A stretch of DNA of 64,000 nt, taken from contig OZ316892.1 in assembly GCA_973895155.1 (NCBI GenBank), positions 7,299,251 to 7,363,250 of the forward strand, read 5' to 3'. A program made the position numbers and the translations under genes. The DNA comes from Marsupella aquatica. Lineage: Eukaryota; Plantae; Marchantiophyta. Of this stretch, positions 12,171 to 25,405 are shown one piece after another. Positions within the stretch are counted from its first letter, which is position 1; each line of letters starts with the position of its first letter. The notes under the pieces are model-generated. The model was not told the DNA's origin. It searched no databases and saw only the letters and a program-made list of their open reading frames with translations.

Positions 12171-14995
12171 CCTACCTAGAAAAGTGGCTGGCTAATGGGC
12201 TAAATTCTGGAAAAATGACATCAGTTGCCACATCAGGATCAAAGGGCTGGCATCATTTGCTATACAGTAGTTGAATACTTACTGGGTTCATTGTTGGGTT
12301 TTCAAGTTCTCAATCTAAGACTGTCAATGTTGATATCTGCTGTTTAGGGAAATTACCCCTCAGGGTTGGGGCTACTTTTTAGTTGGCCCCTACCAATATG
12401 TATAGTAAACTATATAGGACCTGTCGGTATTTAATGTACTAAATATAAGACGTTGTCAGACTGGATATTTAATGTACCCAAGAAGCAATGTTCCCAACAA
12501 GCAAAACCCTGTTGGGTTGGAGGTGCTCTTAACCGGTTGGCTGCAACCCAAAGTAGATGCAGTAGCCAACTTTCCTTACTCCATGCATAGGCAAGTAGGG
12601 AGCCACCTGGGCTAAATTTTAAAGTAAGGAAAAAAATTGGCTGTGTGGAACTCTTTCGTTTCTCAGAACCCGTAGGCACGCAGACAAATGATAACTCCAC
12701 AAGCAATCCAGATGCAGCAGGACGATGGATGATGTCCTTTGGAGATGAATCCTGTCACTCCTCTGAACTAGCGGAACTATTTGAGCAGGAAAATGAACAG
12801 GTGGGTGCGCGGAGGAAGCATCATACCGTAGAGCCGAGGGCAGATTGGCCCTTAATCTCTAGCAATATGGCTAAGATGACGTAGTTATATGAATATATGT
12901 CCCACCAAAATGGTAGTGCAGTCGTTGAACTTACAAAATCATGTCCTAGACCTCCCTCTGCGAGCACCGTATATGCAATGTAGGTGTTGCTGCTGAAACT
13001 TAGTCAAAGCTTTGTGACAAATTATGTCTGTCCCGAAGACGAAGAACGGTTCTGCTTTGGCTCAGTTCAGATTTTGCTCATGATTTCCCTCGCGTCGATC
13101 CCTTTCCCACCGTTGGAGAAGTTGAATTTCTCATTGGCAACCAACTCTGGATCAGGTATGACAGTGGAGTATCCATTGTGAGAGGAATTACCCAACTTCG
13201 AGGGGTACATTTCTATTACGTTAACACAAAGCTCGTGAATCTGGTTCTGCTCTGTGACGTGCCCATCTTTAGCGCAACAGTCTCTTTTGCAAGGATGAGT
13301 TTGCAAAGGGAGATTTATAAACCGTCTCGATACCTTTCTTAAACACCAATTCAGATACCGCCTCATGCACATGACGAATCGATGCCCAAAATACATCCTC
13401 TATGAAGAACCGAAGTTTGGATTGTATGGTAGGGTCCTATTCTTGAAAGTTGAAATGCAGAGGATAGACCATCCTAGCTGTGTGACTAGAGAATTCATCG
13501 TGGGATTAATCTCACACGAGTGATAGTGAGATGTAACCTTCGTCTCCAAACTACTTCATGGATTGATTGAAACTATACTCTAGCACGAATCGCACACCAC
13601 CTTGATCAAAAAGGTAAGGTGGTCGCCTAGCCATCGCTCTTCAAACCTCAAGTCAAACAAATGCAAGAACTTGTGTACCGATTCCTAGATCACTATACCC
13701 TCTGCTGTTCGTGGGTACCAAAACTACGACAATGCAGACAGTACACTCAAATTTGACTTCCACAAGATCCAGCATGGCGAAATCAACTCTCCACCTGTTC
13801 AGCCAAACCATCCCATATCTACCATTAACATGTCAGCCTTGAATGTATCGATTCAGAAGTTGCAATGTCTCGTATTCCAGTTTCGACACCGGAAAACTTA
13901 AGTTACAATTAAAACTAGGAACAGAAAATTTTGTACGCTACACTAAGCATTATTTCCTCATTTCACTCGGTGGCTTCCATGAGGTTAAAGCAAAGGGTAC
14001 ACCCATTTGGTATTATGGAACCCTAGAACGGACTTGGTTCAATAACAATGTCCTTTCGGAGGATGTATCCGCACGGAACATGTACTCTTCCGACAACTGG
14101 AAAAGAAACAACCTTTTCAGACTTGAATGCTAGGACGCGATCTGAAGCAAAGAAAACAACATCAGAAAGCATAGTCGTTGGATGTATGAGGCTGACCTCT
14201 TCGTCAAATTTGCTGAGGGAGCAGAGAAAGAGGATGGATAATATAGATGAGGGTTGTGCTGCACGGGTTCATCTTGTGAATATGTTTCTTTATCCAGCTT
14301 CTGTTCATTTCCAGGCTGCAGTAGATCTCTGCACTATAAGAAAGTGAGACACCCAACATACAAAGAAACAGACGGAGTCCACAATGACAAAACAGAAAAG
14401 ACAAATATAGATTTTAAATTCTTATTAGTTTAGGACATGAAAGAGTGAAGGGCTGAGCAAATTATTCCTCAGCACGACGAAACTGCAGATTTTATTTGGT
14501 AGCAACCTACCATCTCAGGAAAAACCTCCTGTGAGGAAGTGCACTTGGTACAGAGCTGATCAAAGGTCGCAAGTCCATTAGGATCACTGGAGCTAGTCCA
14601 TCTTCCACGGTTTTGATTGTGCCTTAAACTGGAGAGAAGCTAAAAGAACTCAGAAAATTAACCAACTGCCAATCTTCAATCTTCAATGTGCATGCGCGTT
14701 TGCATGTTGAATCCAGGGTCTACTTCTCCACCCAGAATAAGAGAACAAGAGGGAAAACCCTACAATTATTACAATTCTACCAGAAGTAAAACATAGTCAT
14801 GCCAATAGAGCACTGGCTTAAGTCTCCCAGTCTGTCCATAAATCCTGACGCTAAACTCAAGCCCATCTTCAGCAGCACTTCAATCCATTCCATGAAGAGA
14901 TCCAGGTTTACAAACGCAAAACCCATTACCTCCACTTCAAGACAAAGTTATGTGAAGACATCTGATATAGGCAATGACATTAGTATATCGTAAGT

Positions 14996-17900
14996 TCACC
15001 CGAGAATTTCAAAATCAGAAAATGGAGAACCTGGGTCCTTCCAGGCCCCCCACTCTTCATCCGAAGCCTCGCTTTCGTCCCATGCGGGAAGCTGCAACTC
15101 ATGACGAGGACATGGAAGAGGTGGCTTAAGGAAAAATCCGTCCTCGAGAGCTCTTTCAGCAGTCAGCCTCAAAGCAGGATCATAGGTCAGAAGTTTCTGC
15201 AGAAAGTCCAGCGCAGCATCTGAAATATGGGGAAGATATTTCCGGAGAGTGAGAGGCGATCGATCATCCACAAAGCAAATCTTGTTGAAATCAGGCAGCA
15301 GTGAAACACCTGCCCAGATTTTCTCATTTGGAGAGCCTAATATCCTTACTAATCTGCTAAGTTGATCTATATCATTGAGCCCTGGGAACAGTGGTTTGCC
15401 CCACAGTAACTCTCCAAAGATGCAACCCACTGCCCAAATGTCTATGCCCATTCCATACTTCGTGGCTCCATACAGCAACTCAGGTGCTTTGTACCACCTT
15501 GTTCCCACCATTGTAGTAAAGTCTGACCCATGCTCTGATTCACTGTTGCCTCTCCCAATTGACTCCTGTGAATGTGCGCTGCTATTCTGATAAGTACCGA
15601 CTTCTGAACCTTCCTTTTCCCATTCTTCCTCACTTCCCGTGACATGACAATATGTTTCATCAATTACCTTCCCAACTGCAGGACCAGCTATCTTTGAGTC
15701 CATGTATGAATATTGGAATTCTGGAGCACCATACCACCTAGTGCCTTCAGAATCTGACAATGTGCTATTGTACCCCTCCATCTGCGTCCAGGATTTGCAA
15801 ACATCGCTACTAGGGATCGGCTCTTGAGCGGTCCCTTCCCATCGTCCGTCCAACGTCTCCTCCACGTTGTCCACATCATTCCCACCCAGTACCCAAGTGC
15901 TTGGAGTTTCACAGAGCATTGTTTCCAAAGCTTCCTCGGCAGGTGCGTTTGGTGTCGTCAAAACTTTCTGGTGACGCCAAGGAAAGTCTTCGTGACCCTC
16001 TCCATGTTTGATAACCCTCATTGTCTTCACTTCATCTCCGCCTAATTTCTTCAAATCCATTGAAGTCATTTGGGCACCGCCAGTTTCCACTTCACTTAAC
16101 TCTCTCCTGTCAACTCGGAAATTGTCCTTGAACTCCAGCTGACCCGCGGCTCCCGTCTCTCCAACTTCATGCACTCTACCGTAAGCCATCTCTCTTAATG
16201 GTCCATTCACCACCATTTTATTCCTTGTTTTCTGCTCCACCTTTTCTACCTTCAAACCTCCGTCCAATTTCCTGCCCCACTCAGTCCGTAGGTCACTCCC
16301 GTCTTCCTCACCATCAACCAACTCCTCAGGTTTCTCTGGCACTGTCGCGCCATCCCCTTCCTTGACGAGGCGCTGTTGTGCGTAGTACTCATCTTCAACT
16401 CCCGACACAAGTGATACTTCGTCCATACTATCAAGTCGGTGTCCATCCGTAACAACTGAGCCTTGGCCAAGATCATTTATAGATCCAACTGGAAAACTCT
16501 TGCACTGCTGTCCATGGGAATTCCTTGTCCCCTTCCAGATCGGAGATCGGGAATATACCCGCTGGCCTTGTGAACAAACCATGATTTCAGCAGCAGTTGC
16601 AGTCCTCAGACTTTGAGACAGTGGACGGATAGCGTTGACATTTACCGAGTGTCTTTCAGTGGATGCATTTTGTCTAGGCCCTAACCTCCGAGGCATGTGA
16701 GGTGCGTGCCCATCTCTTTGTGTCGCCACCTTCAAGCTGTTACCTCCAACTGTAAAAATCCTTTCATTTCTAGAATGAACAGGACCAGTTATCTTCCCGT
16801 CATTATTTAGACGTCTTGTTCTCTTCCTGATAAATCGTCGCACCTTCTGAAGAAAGTCACCGTCTCCCTTGGCCAAACTAGATGATACTCCAGCCTTATG
16901 CGATTCCTCTGTTTCATTCAGTGTGTCAATCACGCCCTCACTTCTCATACCATAGTTACCTTCCCTGTCAACATCGCTCTCATCGGAGCTGAAATCATCT
17001 TCTCGTTCCGGGGCCTGATCCCTTCCGACTGAGACGACATTATCTTTCTCCGTAGATGCATTTCGCATCGACGGATTCCTTCCTTCGGTTAAAGCTAGAT
17101 GATTCTCAACATTTTCCATTGGAAACCATCCACAACAGACAAGATCCTCCGTGGGTTGTGATTCAATAATTTGCTGTCTCTGAAGACCTGACAGCCCCAA
17201 TCCGTGAATCCCAGTTCCACTTCTAACCATTTCCTCCACAGTAAAATAGTTTCTCGCGTCCTTGACAGCATCTGCCAAAGCCGAAAACCCCACATTGGTT
17301 GGACCAGACCCCAAATCCGTGCCATTTCCCTCGTGAAGGTCGGAATCCCTCAGGACACTAGAAAAGTCTTTCGCCAGTGGAATCGATTCCACAGGAGCAT
17401 TTAATAAGTTTTCTTTTTCCATACTCTGGCCAATTCTCACACCAACATAGGGACCAGATGCTTCATTTCCAGATGGCTTGTCACCCACTTTGATGGATGT
17501 ATCATCACCCATCCTGCCTTCCGCTACAGAAACATCAGCTTGAGACTCCAGGTCCTGATTGTTGCTCATCGCAGGGGCATCCTGACCACTCTGACTCTCA
17601 CTTCCATTCCCATAATTCTTATGGATTTCTGACACAAACAATCCTTGTTCATTTTCAAAAACTACTTCTGACAAGATTCGTGCTTGTCCAAAATCTGCTA
17701 TCTTGAGAGTCCTATCTTCAGCGATCAAAAGGTTATTTGGCTTCAAATCCCTGTGAAGTATTGAAGCAGCACGACATGCAGCCAACCCTCGTAAAATCTG
17801 GATCATCCACCCTTTCACTTCTGCATCCGAAAGCCCTCCTTTGCCAGCTCGAATCACTTCAGAAAGGTTATGGGGAAGGTATTCAAGAACCAGCACCATG

Positions 17901-18163
17901 TTACTCCCTTGCGCAAAGTATTCGTGCAGCTTGACAACATTGGGATGGTCCAAGAGGAGGAGGGCTTTTAGTTCCCGTTCCGAACTGTCAAAGTCGTGAA
18001 TTTCTTTAAGGGCAACAATGAGGTTGTCTTCCCGTCTTCTTGCCCTGTGCACTTCCCCAAAGGTGCCTTCTCCAATCCTTTCTAAAATTTCATACCGAGA
18101 TACAATTTCCCTGTTCCCATGCAAGCTCCAGGCGTTGGTAAAGGGCCAGTCTTCAGAAGCCAT
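14996..18163 (-). CDS. CDKF;1: Cyclin-dependent kinase F (CDK-activating kinase) with very long insertion
   Basis: GEGTFG, VALKE, DFDSSERE in place of PSTAIRE, HRDLKPNNLL, DFG, long insert, VGTRWYKAPELLYGA, DIWAVGCIF. An insert between subdomains VII and VIII is characteristic of CDKF. Confidence 0.88.
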   Translation of the reverse strand: MASEDWPFTNAWSLHGNREIVSRYEILERIGEGTFGEVHRARRREDNLIVALKEIHDFDSSERELKALLLLDHPNVVKLHEYFAQGSNMVLVLEYLPHNLSEVIRAGKGGLSDAEVKGWMIQILRGLAACRAASILHRDLKPNNLLIAEDRTLKIADFGQARILSEVVFENEQGLFVSEIHKNYGNGSESQSGQDAPAMSNNQDLESQADVSVAEGRMGDDTSIKVGDKPSGNEASGPYVGVRIGQSMEKENLLNAPVESIPLAKDFSSVLRDSDLHEGNGTDLGSGPTNVGFSALADAVKDARNYFTVEEMVRSGTGIHGLGLSGLQRQQIIESQPTEDLVCCGWFPMENVENHLALTEGRNPSMRNASTEKDNVVSVGRDQAPEREDDFSSDESDVDREGNYGMRSEGVIDTLNETEESHKAGVSSSLAKGDGDFLQKVRRFIRKRTRRLNNDGKITGPVHSRNERIFTVGGNSLKVATQRDGHAPHMPRRLGPRQNASTERHSVNVNAIRPLSQSLRTATAAEIMVCSQGQRVYSRSPIWKGTRNSHGQQCKSFPVGSINDLGQGSVVTDGHRLDSMDEVSLVSGVEDEYYAQQRLVKEGDGATVPEKPEELVDGEEDGSDLRTEWGRKLDGGLKVEKVEQKTRNKMVVNGPLREMAYGRVHEVGETGAAGQLEFKDNFRVDRRELSEVETGGAQMTSMDLKKLGGDEVKTMRVIKHGEGHEDFPWRHQKVLTTPNAPAEEALETMLCETPSTWVLGGNDVDNVEETLDGRWEGTAQEPIPSSDVCKSWTQMEGYNSTLSDSEGTRWYGAPEFQYSYMDSKIAGPAVGKVIDETYCHVTGSEEEWEKEGSEVGTYQNSSAHSQESIGRGNSESEHGSDFTTMVGTRWYKAPELLYGATKYGMGIDIWAVGCIFGELLWGKPLFPGLNDIDQLSRLVRILGSPNEKIWAGVSLLPDFNKICFVDDRSPLTLRKYLPHISDAALDFLQKLLTYDPALRLTAERALEDGFFLKPPLPCPRHELQLPAWDESEASDEEWGAWKDPGSPFSDFEILG

Positions 18164-21100
18164 GTCTCGTGGCTTTTGTGAGGTTCCTTTGAAGGTGTTG
18201 CTCCTTTTCAGGGCTACCTTTTGTGACCCTAAATTTCGGCCCCTTTATCACTGAAGCTACTATTGAGCCTGTTTACTTTCTGTTGAGATAGGTCGCGAGC
18301 TACAAGCTTGAAGCTATCCGCGAGTGTCGCAATGATTACTTTTTCTTCACACTAAATAATCCCCATCAATGATATCCAAAAACCACTCCATCCATCCATT
18401 TCCCCTCCAGGCTTGTATCCCTGTTCTCGAAGACTTCGGTCCCAGTACACGGAGTACAAACTCCTGTGTGCTTAATCTAGACAGGTAAAAGGGACGAAAA
18501 GTTAACAAATTGCGATAGACCAATAAACATGAGCGACAAGAAGTAGGAGATTAGGAATGAATGATACAAAGGACTCGAAACAAACCAGAGATAGCATCGA
18601 CAGAACAATGAACACAGGAGATTAGAGATATGAACAAAACACCCAGCAGAAAGAAGGGACTAAGAAAACCCTCAAAACACATGAGCGAAGTACAAATTGA
18701 TCGAGCACAACGGAAGAATAAGCAGGCACATCCAGCACACGTCCAGCACAGGCGAACTGATGGATTATCAGATATTCACTTCCCTGACAGCAAACCAGGG
18801 GCGCAAAACGAAATTGCATCTACTCCATGCAGGAGTATCCTGAGAGGATGACTGAAGCTTGTCAACGGCAGAAGAAAAGGAACAAGCTCAGGAGCAAGAG
18901 GAAATACAAACTCTTGAAGCCAGAGACAGACAAGCGCCTAAATTGATCAAATCCGGCTATGAGGCACTCATAGTCGCCGTCGTCAACCGCAGTATATGAT
19001 GCACATCTGTCATGACCTTCCACCTTGCCATTCTGCTGTCTTTGTTTGCAGTAGCAATTAACAGGGGCGATTCAAGGGATCTTGCAGTAGAAATACGGGG
19101 ATCTACCGCCTAAATTTAGTCGCCACACAAGAGACTTTGGTGCTTCGGCCTTCTCGGTTTTTAAAACTCCGGCGTGTTCGTCACTAGAAACCCGGTAATA
19201 GCGATTCAGGTCCGACCCTACAACCGAATATATACATTTGCTGACCAAAGACTGGTATTCAGAATGATGATCTGTTGACGGTTGGTCGCAGAGAAGGAGT
19301 CCACATACCTAAGCCCAAACAAGAGATTCACAATCAACCCACCTGATAGTGAATGTCCTGGGTATTCAGAAATCGCGCCAGACTCTTGAGTTCAAGATAT
19401 GCACGACCTTAAACTATATTTTGGACGCGGGGAAGATCTTTGCAATCGAAACATCATTGAGAAGCTAGTCACTGTATCCTAGTGCTGACACTCTTGACAC
19501 AGTGACATGCACACCTGCAAACGCATGAGATTCAGAATGAAGCAATCACGAGTGGTTGAAAGCGTTTCGAAACGAGGTTGTATTCACTAGAGGAAGAGAT
19601 TTGACAGCGAACATTCAGCTGTCAACATATCGAATGGCAACTTCTGAACAGCGAGGCATACGATCCAGATCATCCATGTCCGCACTAAGAAAATCGACCT
19701 CTACTTGACTACATTTCCATTGAGATTCTTTAAAAACACAAATCCCTCTATACAGCTACAAAGCAAAAGGGATACTGTAAGTTGAATCAAGGGAAGGGAA
19801 ACGTTGAGAGTCGTGCCTTCTCGAGCAATTTAGAGACGTGCGCAGCGAATACTCTGAATAAACAGATGCTGGTAAAGTAGGCCAAAAAATATCAAACCGG
19901 CCAACGATGCTAGAGAATAATACAGGTAATACGGAAGAATCATGGCTGTGAACACGCTCGGATTTGTCTTCCCAGCCACAATTGTGCGACCAACGGCTTG
20001 AATACTCTGAATGCAGAGGTGCTACTAGTATCGGTACGTAATCCAACGGGGTCCTCAAACTATGTGGTAGGTTTGGCATATAAACGAAATCCAATCAATC
20101 AATATCCTCAAAATGACAACCCTAGAGGAGAGCCTCAAGCTCGAGTATGAGCGAAAACTCAACTTGCAGCCACCCTGTGGGCAGGCCTCATTTACAACCT
20201 CCCGTACAGAATCCACTGCGAGCAACCTATATTGCGTCTCCAACCAACCGACTCCGAAAAAACTCTACCGACTATCTTTTAGCTAAACGGAAGAAAGGAA
20301 TCAAACAGAATGTCAACGATGAGGATAGACACACTCTTGAAGAGCCACGAATACACAGAATTCGCCAAAGCTTCGGTAAACAAAATCTAGCACACGTTCA
20401 GCTTGTCTAGATCGACGACAACGTTGACAATTCGACACCCTGCCCGCCTCTTGGGAAATAATCTAGATCTAACCCCTTGGTAGCTTTCCCATTCTCTCTC
20501 GTGTATGTCCATCTGCATGGCTCCAATTTAGGTCTAATCCTTACCTGAGGCGAATTCTCATTCTTTCTCGACATAAGTAAGCGACACAAAGACCAAAAAG
20601 CGAAAATTATTGACCAATCACCGTGAATTTTCACTCCCTCGACCTGGACGACGGTTCTCTTCGCTCCCAAGAATCACTTCATGAAAAAAATTCTTCTGTA
20701 GGCCAGAAGGAAGGATCGATTCCGGAAACTACTCACCCCATCTCGATCGATATGTCTCGCTTCCTCATCAAGCCCGAAAAGAATCCTTCCCTGCACGGTG
20801 GCCGTCGGCGATCGAGTAATCACCCACAAGCTTCCGGCAACAGCATTACTATCTCGTGAAATCACACCACGACCTTGGCAAACCCCAATCGCTGCTGCTG
20901 CTGCAGCCGCCACCACCATCCTACTCGACATGACACCCAGAAATCGATCTCGGCCCTCTTCGCTTCACAGATTTCTCCTCCGAACGCCGAAACAACTCCT
21001 GCGATCTCTCGGTGAGAAGATCGGTTTCTCTCAGCCTCCTCTTGCCCAAAAAACTCCCCTCCTGTTCTGCTGCTCGAGCGGACTACAATGAATTTCTTCC

Positions 21101-21220
21101 TTCAGGATCGATCTCATACCCTACTGCTCCACCTTCCATTCCTTCATTTCACTCCCTTGCCCTTCCCAAACACTCACCTATGGTATGACCTTTTTTGGGT
21201 TGGTTGAAGCCTGTTGCACC

Positions 21221-21470
21221 AGAGAGGTATTTGCTTTATCAACCCCCAAAATGAAACTTGTTACTTGATAGACCCCAAATGAAACTTGTTCTCGTTACTT
21301 GATAGACCCCAAATGAAACTTGTTTCTTGATAGACCACTGAGGTCTATCAATGGTCCAGATTGGGGAAAACTATGGAGGGTCCATAGTTGATTAAGCAAA
21401 CTTTTTCCATAAGGGGGTCTACTAAGCATATCTCACTGTTCCAGAAGGGGGTCTACTAAGCATATCTCTC
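21221..21470. mobile_element. Putative MITE remnant with imperfect terminal inverted repeats (TIRs) and internal repeats
   Basis: AGAGGTATTTGCTTTATCAACCCCC at the left is a loose inverse of GGGGGTCTACTAAGCATATCTCT at the right; GATAGACCCCAAATGAAACTTG is repeated internally. Confidence 0.4.
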
Positions 21471-23112
21471 GGTACCATAGGTTTGGGGCAGCCTGTTTTT
21501 TTAATTCTTTTTTGCCTCCAGAAAACAAACCAATTGAAATTCATTCAAATAGCCAGCTTACCACAAAACCACCAAAGGGGGTCTGCACCCTTTGGCAGCC
21601 TATTTTCTAGGTGCCAATTTTTGCCAAATTCCACCTCCAGCAAAAGTGTTTGCAGGTTTTGGCAAAATTTCCCTCCATTCTCTGTACATCACTAGGGGCG
21701 GAGCCCCCAAACAGCCCCGTAAACGCCAATTGCTGAGTGGAGGTCTGATTTTAAAGAATAGAGTCTCCAGCGGTGGCACCAACTTTTTTTTTTTTTAAAT
21801 GCCAATACTTTTTGCAACTCCCTGCCGCTACTTTTGCGGGGGGAGGAGATCACTGTTTGAAGCCCCTCCTGCCAGCCCCCAAAGTAGTCAACGTCAATAA
21901 TAGGTGTGGCACTCACGGTGTGCATGTTTTAGACTTTTCACGCCAGAATATGAACTTTTTCTTGCTTGGACTGTCGATGAACAGTTCTCGTGGGCCAGGA
22001 TATATTGTGCAAAGCTGACATTGCACACGGGGACTCCATTGAGATTGTGTGTTTGTTGCTCTGAAGATGGCAGCAAGTAGTAAGAAAAATTATGGTCCTG
22101 AACAGCTCAAACAACTATGCTACAGTGTACTCCATGTCCCCCAAGATCCTTGAATGTGTAGGTGCAAGGTAGAGGGCCGAGCGATTTTGGGACCAGGTGA
22201 CTAACTATTACAAGAAGCACAAATAGAAGGGAGCCAAGTTAAGAGGCCAAAAATCACTGGAAGGGAAGTGGTCTGACATTAAACGTACATGATGTCTCAA
22301 AGTTCACAGGATGCTTTCAACAGGTAGAGGACCTTCAAAGTTTGGGGACAAATGTTGTTGACAAAGTGGTGCGGGCAAAATAATTGTTCAAGCAAAACCA
22401 TCCGAAAGTGAAATCTTTCTCGTGTGATTCTTGCTTCTGGATTTTGAAAGTTTGTCCAAGGTGGGGGAATCCAACAAACGATATGGTCATACTTGTCCAG
22501 TGTCTCGGGATATGAATTATTCCCAACATATAGAATCTTCATTTCAAATATCCATTAGAAAGTTTTTAATGGATATGATTAATTGTTTACCTCTAAATCA
22601 TCTCACATGCACAAAGCTTATTTACAAAATAAATATTCACAAAGTGATACACTTCTATTACAAAAGATTCATGAATGAATGAATTAATTATTTATCATAC
22701 TCAGGTATTAATTATTCAACAAACTCAGGTAACAATACTTCTAAAATTGTGTCTTCCACTATGCTTGAATTGACCACTCTACAAATCTATAGGACTTTAT
22801 TTCAGGCTCAAATGACATGAGCTATGAAGCTTGTGAATGCCATACCAACCAAAATGCACAGTCATTTGGACTATTCTATAAAGTAAAATTAATTAAGAGA
22901 TGGCTTGAGAAGACAATGAGGGTTTTGTACCTCATAGGAGATAACTCAATGTATATTTTGAGATATTACGTGCAATACTATCGACTAATATGAATACTCA
23001 TATTTTATAATAATGTTTTTTCCAATACCAGTTATTTAATTTTATTTTGTAAAACATATGTATTAGAGAATATTCTGACTAGAAATCTTATCTTATAATA
23101 CCTTATTTTACC

Positions 23113-23409
23113 CTCGGGGGTCTCACTACATGGGGACCTCCCCATCACCTGCGACGTTTTTAGGCCTTGGACCCCCTAAAATGTAAGAAACAAATTTTAT
23201 TTTTTAACCCCTATAAAGTTGGAATATTCTTGGAATATTCCAAAAATTGGATTAAAAAGGCCCTAATGTTCTTATAAGTCTCAAAATTGAATTTAAAAGA
23301 CCCTATTGTTCTTCTACAAAAATTCTTAAGTCTTCCCTTACAACCAATAAAATGACCCTATCCTTCGTCGCACGTGATATGCCATTTTTGTGGAAGTGAA
23401 ACCCCCGAG
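23113..23409. mobile_element. MITE with CTCGGGGG termini and 8-bp TSD ATTTTACC
   Basis: TIRs CTCGGGGGTCTCACT / AGTGAAACCCCCGAG; ATTTTACC at 23105-23112 and 23410-23417. Confidence 0.8.
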
Positions 23410-23418
23410 ATTTTACCT

Positions 23419-25405
23419 CAGGACAATACTTGATGGGGCCCCTCTAATGAAAGATATTCCTGACTAGCCCCCAATTTTTCAAATATACTTAATGGGGCCC
23501 CTTGTCCCTGCAACCCTTTCTCTCGACCTGTCATACTTAGTTTTTCCATTTTTTAATTGTAATGCAACCCTTTCTCTCGACCTGTCATACTTAGTTTTTC
23601 CATTTTCTAATTGTAATGTACTATACTTTATAAGTCAGTCCACAAGATGTACTGTCTAGAAGCAATTCAATGTACTTTTTTTGGAAATACTTATAGAATT
23701 TATGTACTAAGTATTTAACACGTCTTACTCACATATTCGTTGCCCATATTCACTTGTTTCATGTTTTGAAATATTTCTACAAGGGAAGTAGTCCTTAAGG
23801 CACATACATTTTGCTCTTTTTGGTTCTTTCTCTCAATTGTTTGGAATTATTCATAACTGAAAGTATTTCTCCAAAGCTTGGAATTATTCATAACTGAAAG
23901 CATTTCTCCAAAGCTTGGAATTATTCATAACTGAAAGCATTTCTCCAAAGCATAGTTTCACCTGAACTTTAGGAAGGTGAACCAATGGATTTGGGTGCTA
24001 TCCGGGTGGTGACATTTTGTATAACTTGTTTTTTGCAACTCATGTGGTACTTAGACAATTCTTTGATACTATTTTTCCAAAACATGTTTGGAAATATTCA
24101 CCTTAGACGGGAGCATTTCCTTGGTGTCAATTTTGTGATTTTTTAAAGATGTGAGCACCTAGGTAGAGTATATCAGGCAATTTATGCAATGTCACAAACA
24201 ACAATTTTATTCTTTAGTTTAGTACACAAGGCATTGATTGAATTCAGAAGGCATCAATTGAATTCATAAAAATGAGCATATAGAATGCCCATAGTAACAA
24301 GTGTTAAAGCTTTTAGATGACCTTATAATTTTGAGCTCAATGTTGGTGCAACAACTACAAAATTACCTATCAAAATCATATCGCAATCAAAAAATCATAT
24401 CGCAATTCACATCTCTATGCTTACTCAAAGTGACACCAAAGTCTGCAAAGTTCAATTTTTGTAAGAGTATGTCAATTACGACTTTGTCTGTGTTTCATTT
24501 GTCAGGTTTGATTGAAGGATTTGCAACAACTTGTGAAGTCACATTTTTGCTTAGGGTTTACTGCAAATTTTGAGGTGACCTGCAGGGACTGATTGTTGCA
24601 ATGTGATTTCACTGCACGAAAACTTTTCTTGAAGCAATGGACAACGGTATGGATGCTCGGCCTGAGTGGGCATGGACAGTAGGCGAATTTGATGTGGATT
24701 TTGCAGTACCAGATGGGGATCGAAAAAATCTCACAGTAACTGAAAATCCCCAGGGGCGGTATCACTGCTGGAAAGGATTTGCCTTAACTTATCCCTTATA
24801 TAAGTTAAGGGTACTCAGGAATTGTCCAGTATATTCAAACGAGCATTTGTTTGTCCTTCTGCCACTCGAAATGCCTTGCAATACTCTCAACCATTGGTCT
24901 CCCTTGATGCTTGTCATACAAAAAATAGAAAATTTCCTGTGCAGCTATTTCTTGCAACAATGCAAGACGGAGACCAGAGGATTGTCATTCTTGCATATGG
25001 AGTGGCTCCTGTTGAGAATATACAATAGTCTGTTGAGAATATACAATTGAGAGAAAGAACCAAAAAGAGCAAAACTTACGTGCCTTTAAGGACTACTTCC
25101 CTTGTAGAAATATTTCAAAACATGAAACAAGTGAATATGGGCAGCGAATATGTGAGTAAGTGCTAAATACTTAGTACTTAAATTCTAAAAGTATTTCCAA
25201 ACAAAAGTACATTGAATTGCTTCTAGACAGTACATCTTGTGGACTGACTTATAAAGTATAGTACATTACAATTAAAAAATGGAAAAACTAAGACAGGTCG
25301 AGAGAAAGGGTTGCAGGGACAAGGGGCCCCATTAAGTATATTTGAAAAGTTGGGGGCTCCTCAGGAATATCTTTCATTAGAGGGGCCCCATCAAGTATTT
25401 TCCTG
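23419..25405. mobile_element. Non-autonomous Mutator-like (MULE/foldback) element with ~360-420 bp TIRs and 10-bp TSD
   Basis: 23419-~23840 is the reverse complement of ~25045-25405. TSD TATTTTACCT at 25406-25415; the left copy is reconstructed after removing the MITE. Internal 37-bp x3 repeat at 23841-23951. Confidence 0.88.

Noticed and set aside
12900-14200. Possible decayed gene on the minus strand
   Set aside because: Multiple stops in all frames and no family motif I can identify with confidence.
18883-18895. miR390-like AAGCTCAGGAG
   Set aside because: Only an 11-nt match and no hairpin partner.
19756-21091. Cluster of short ORFs upstream of CDKF
   Set aside because: No recognisable domains; probably UTR/intron or decayed TE sequence.
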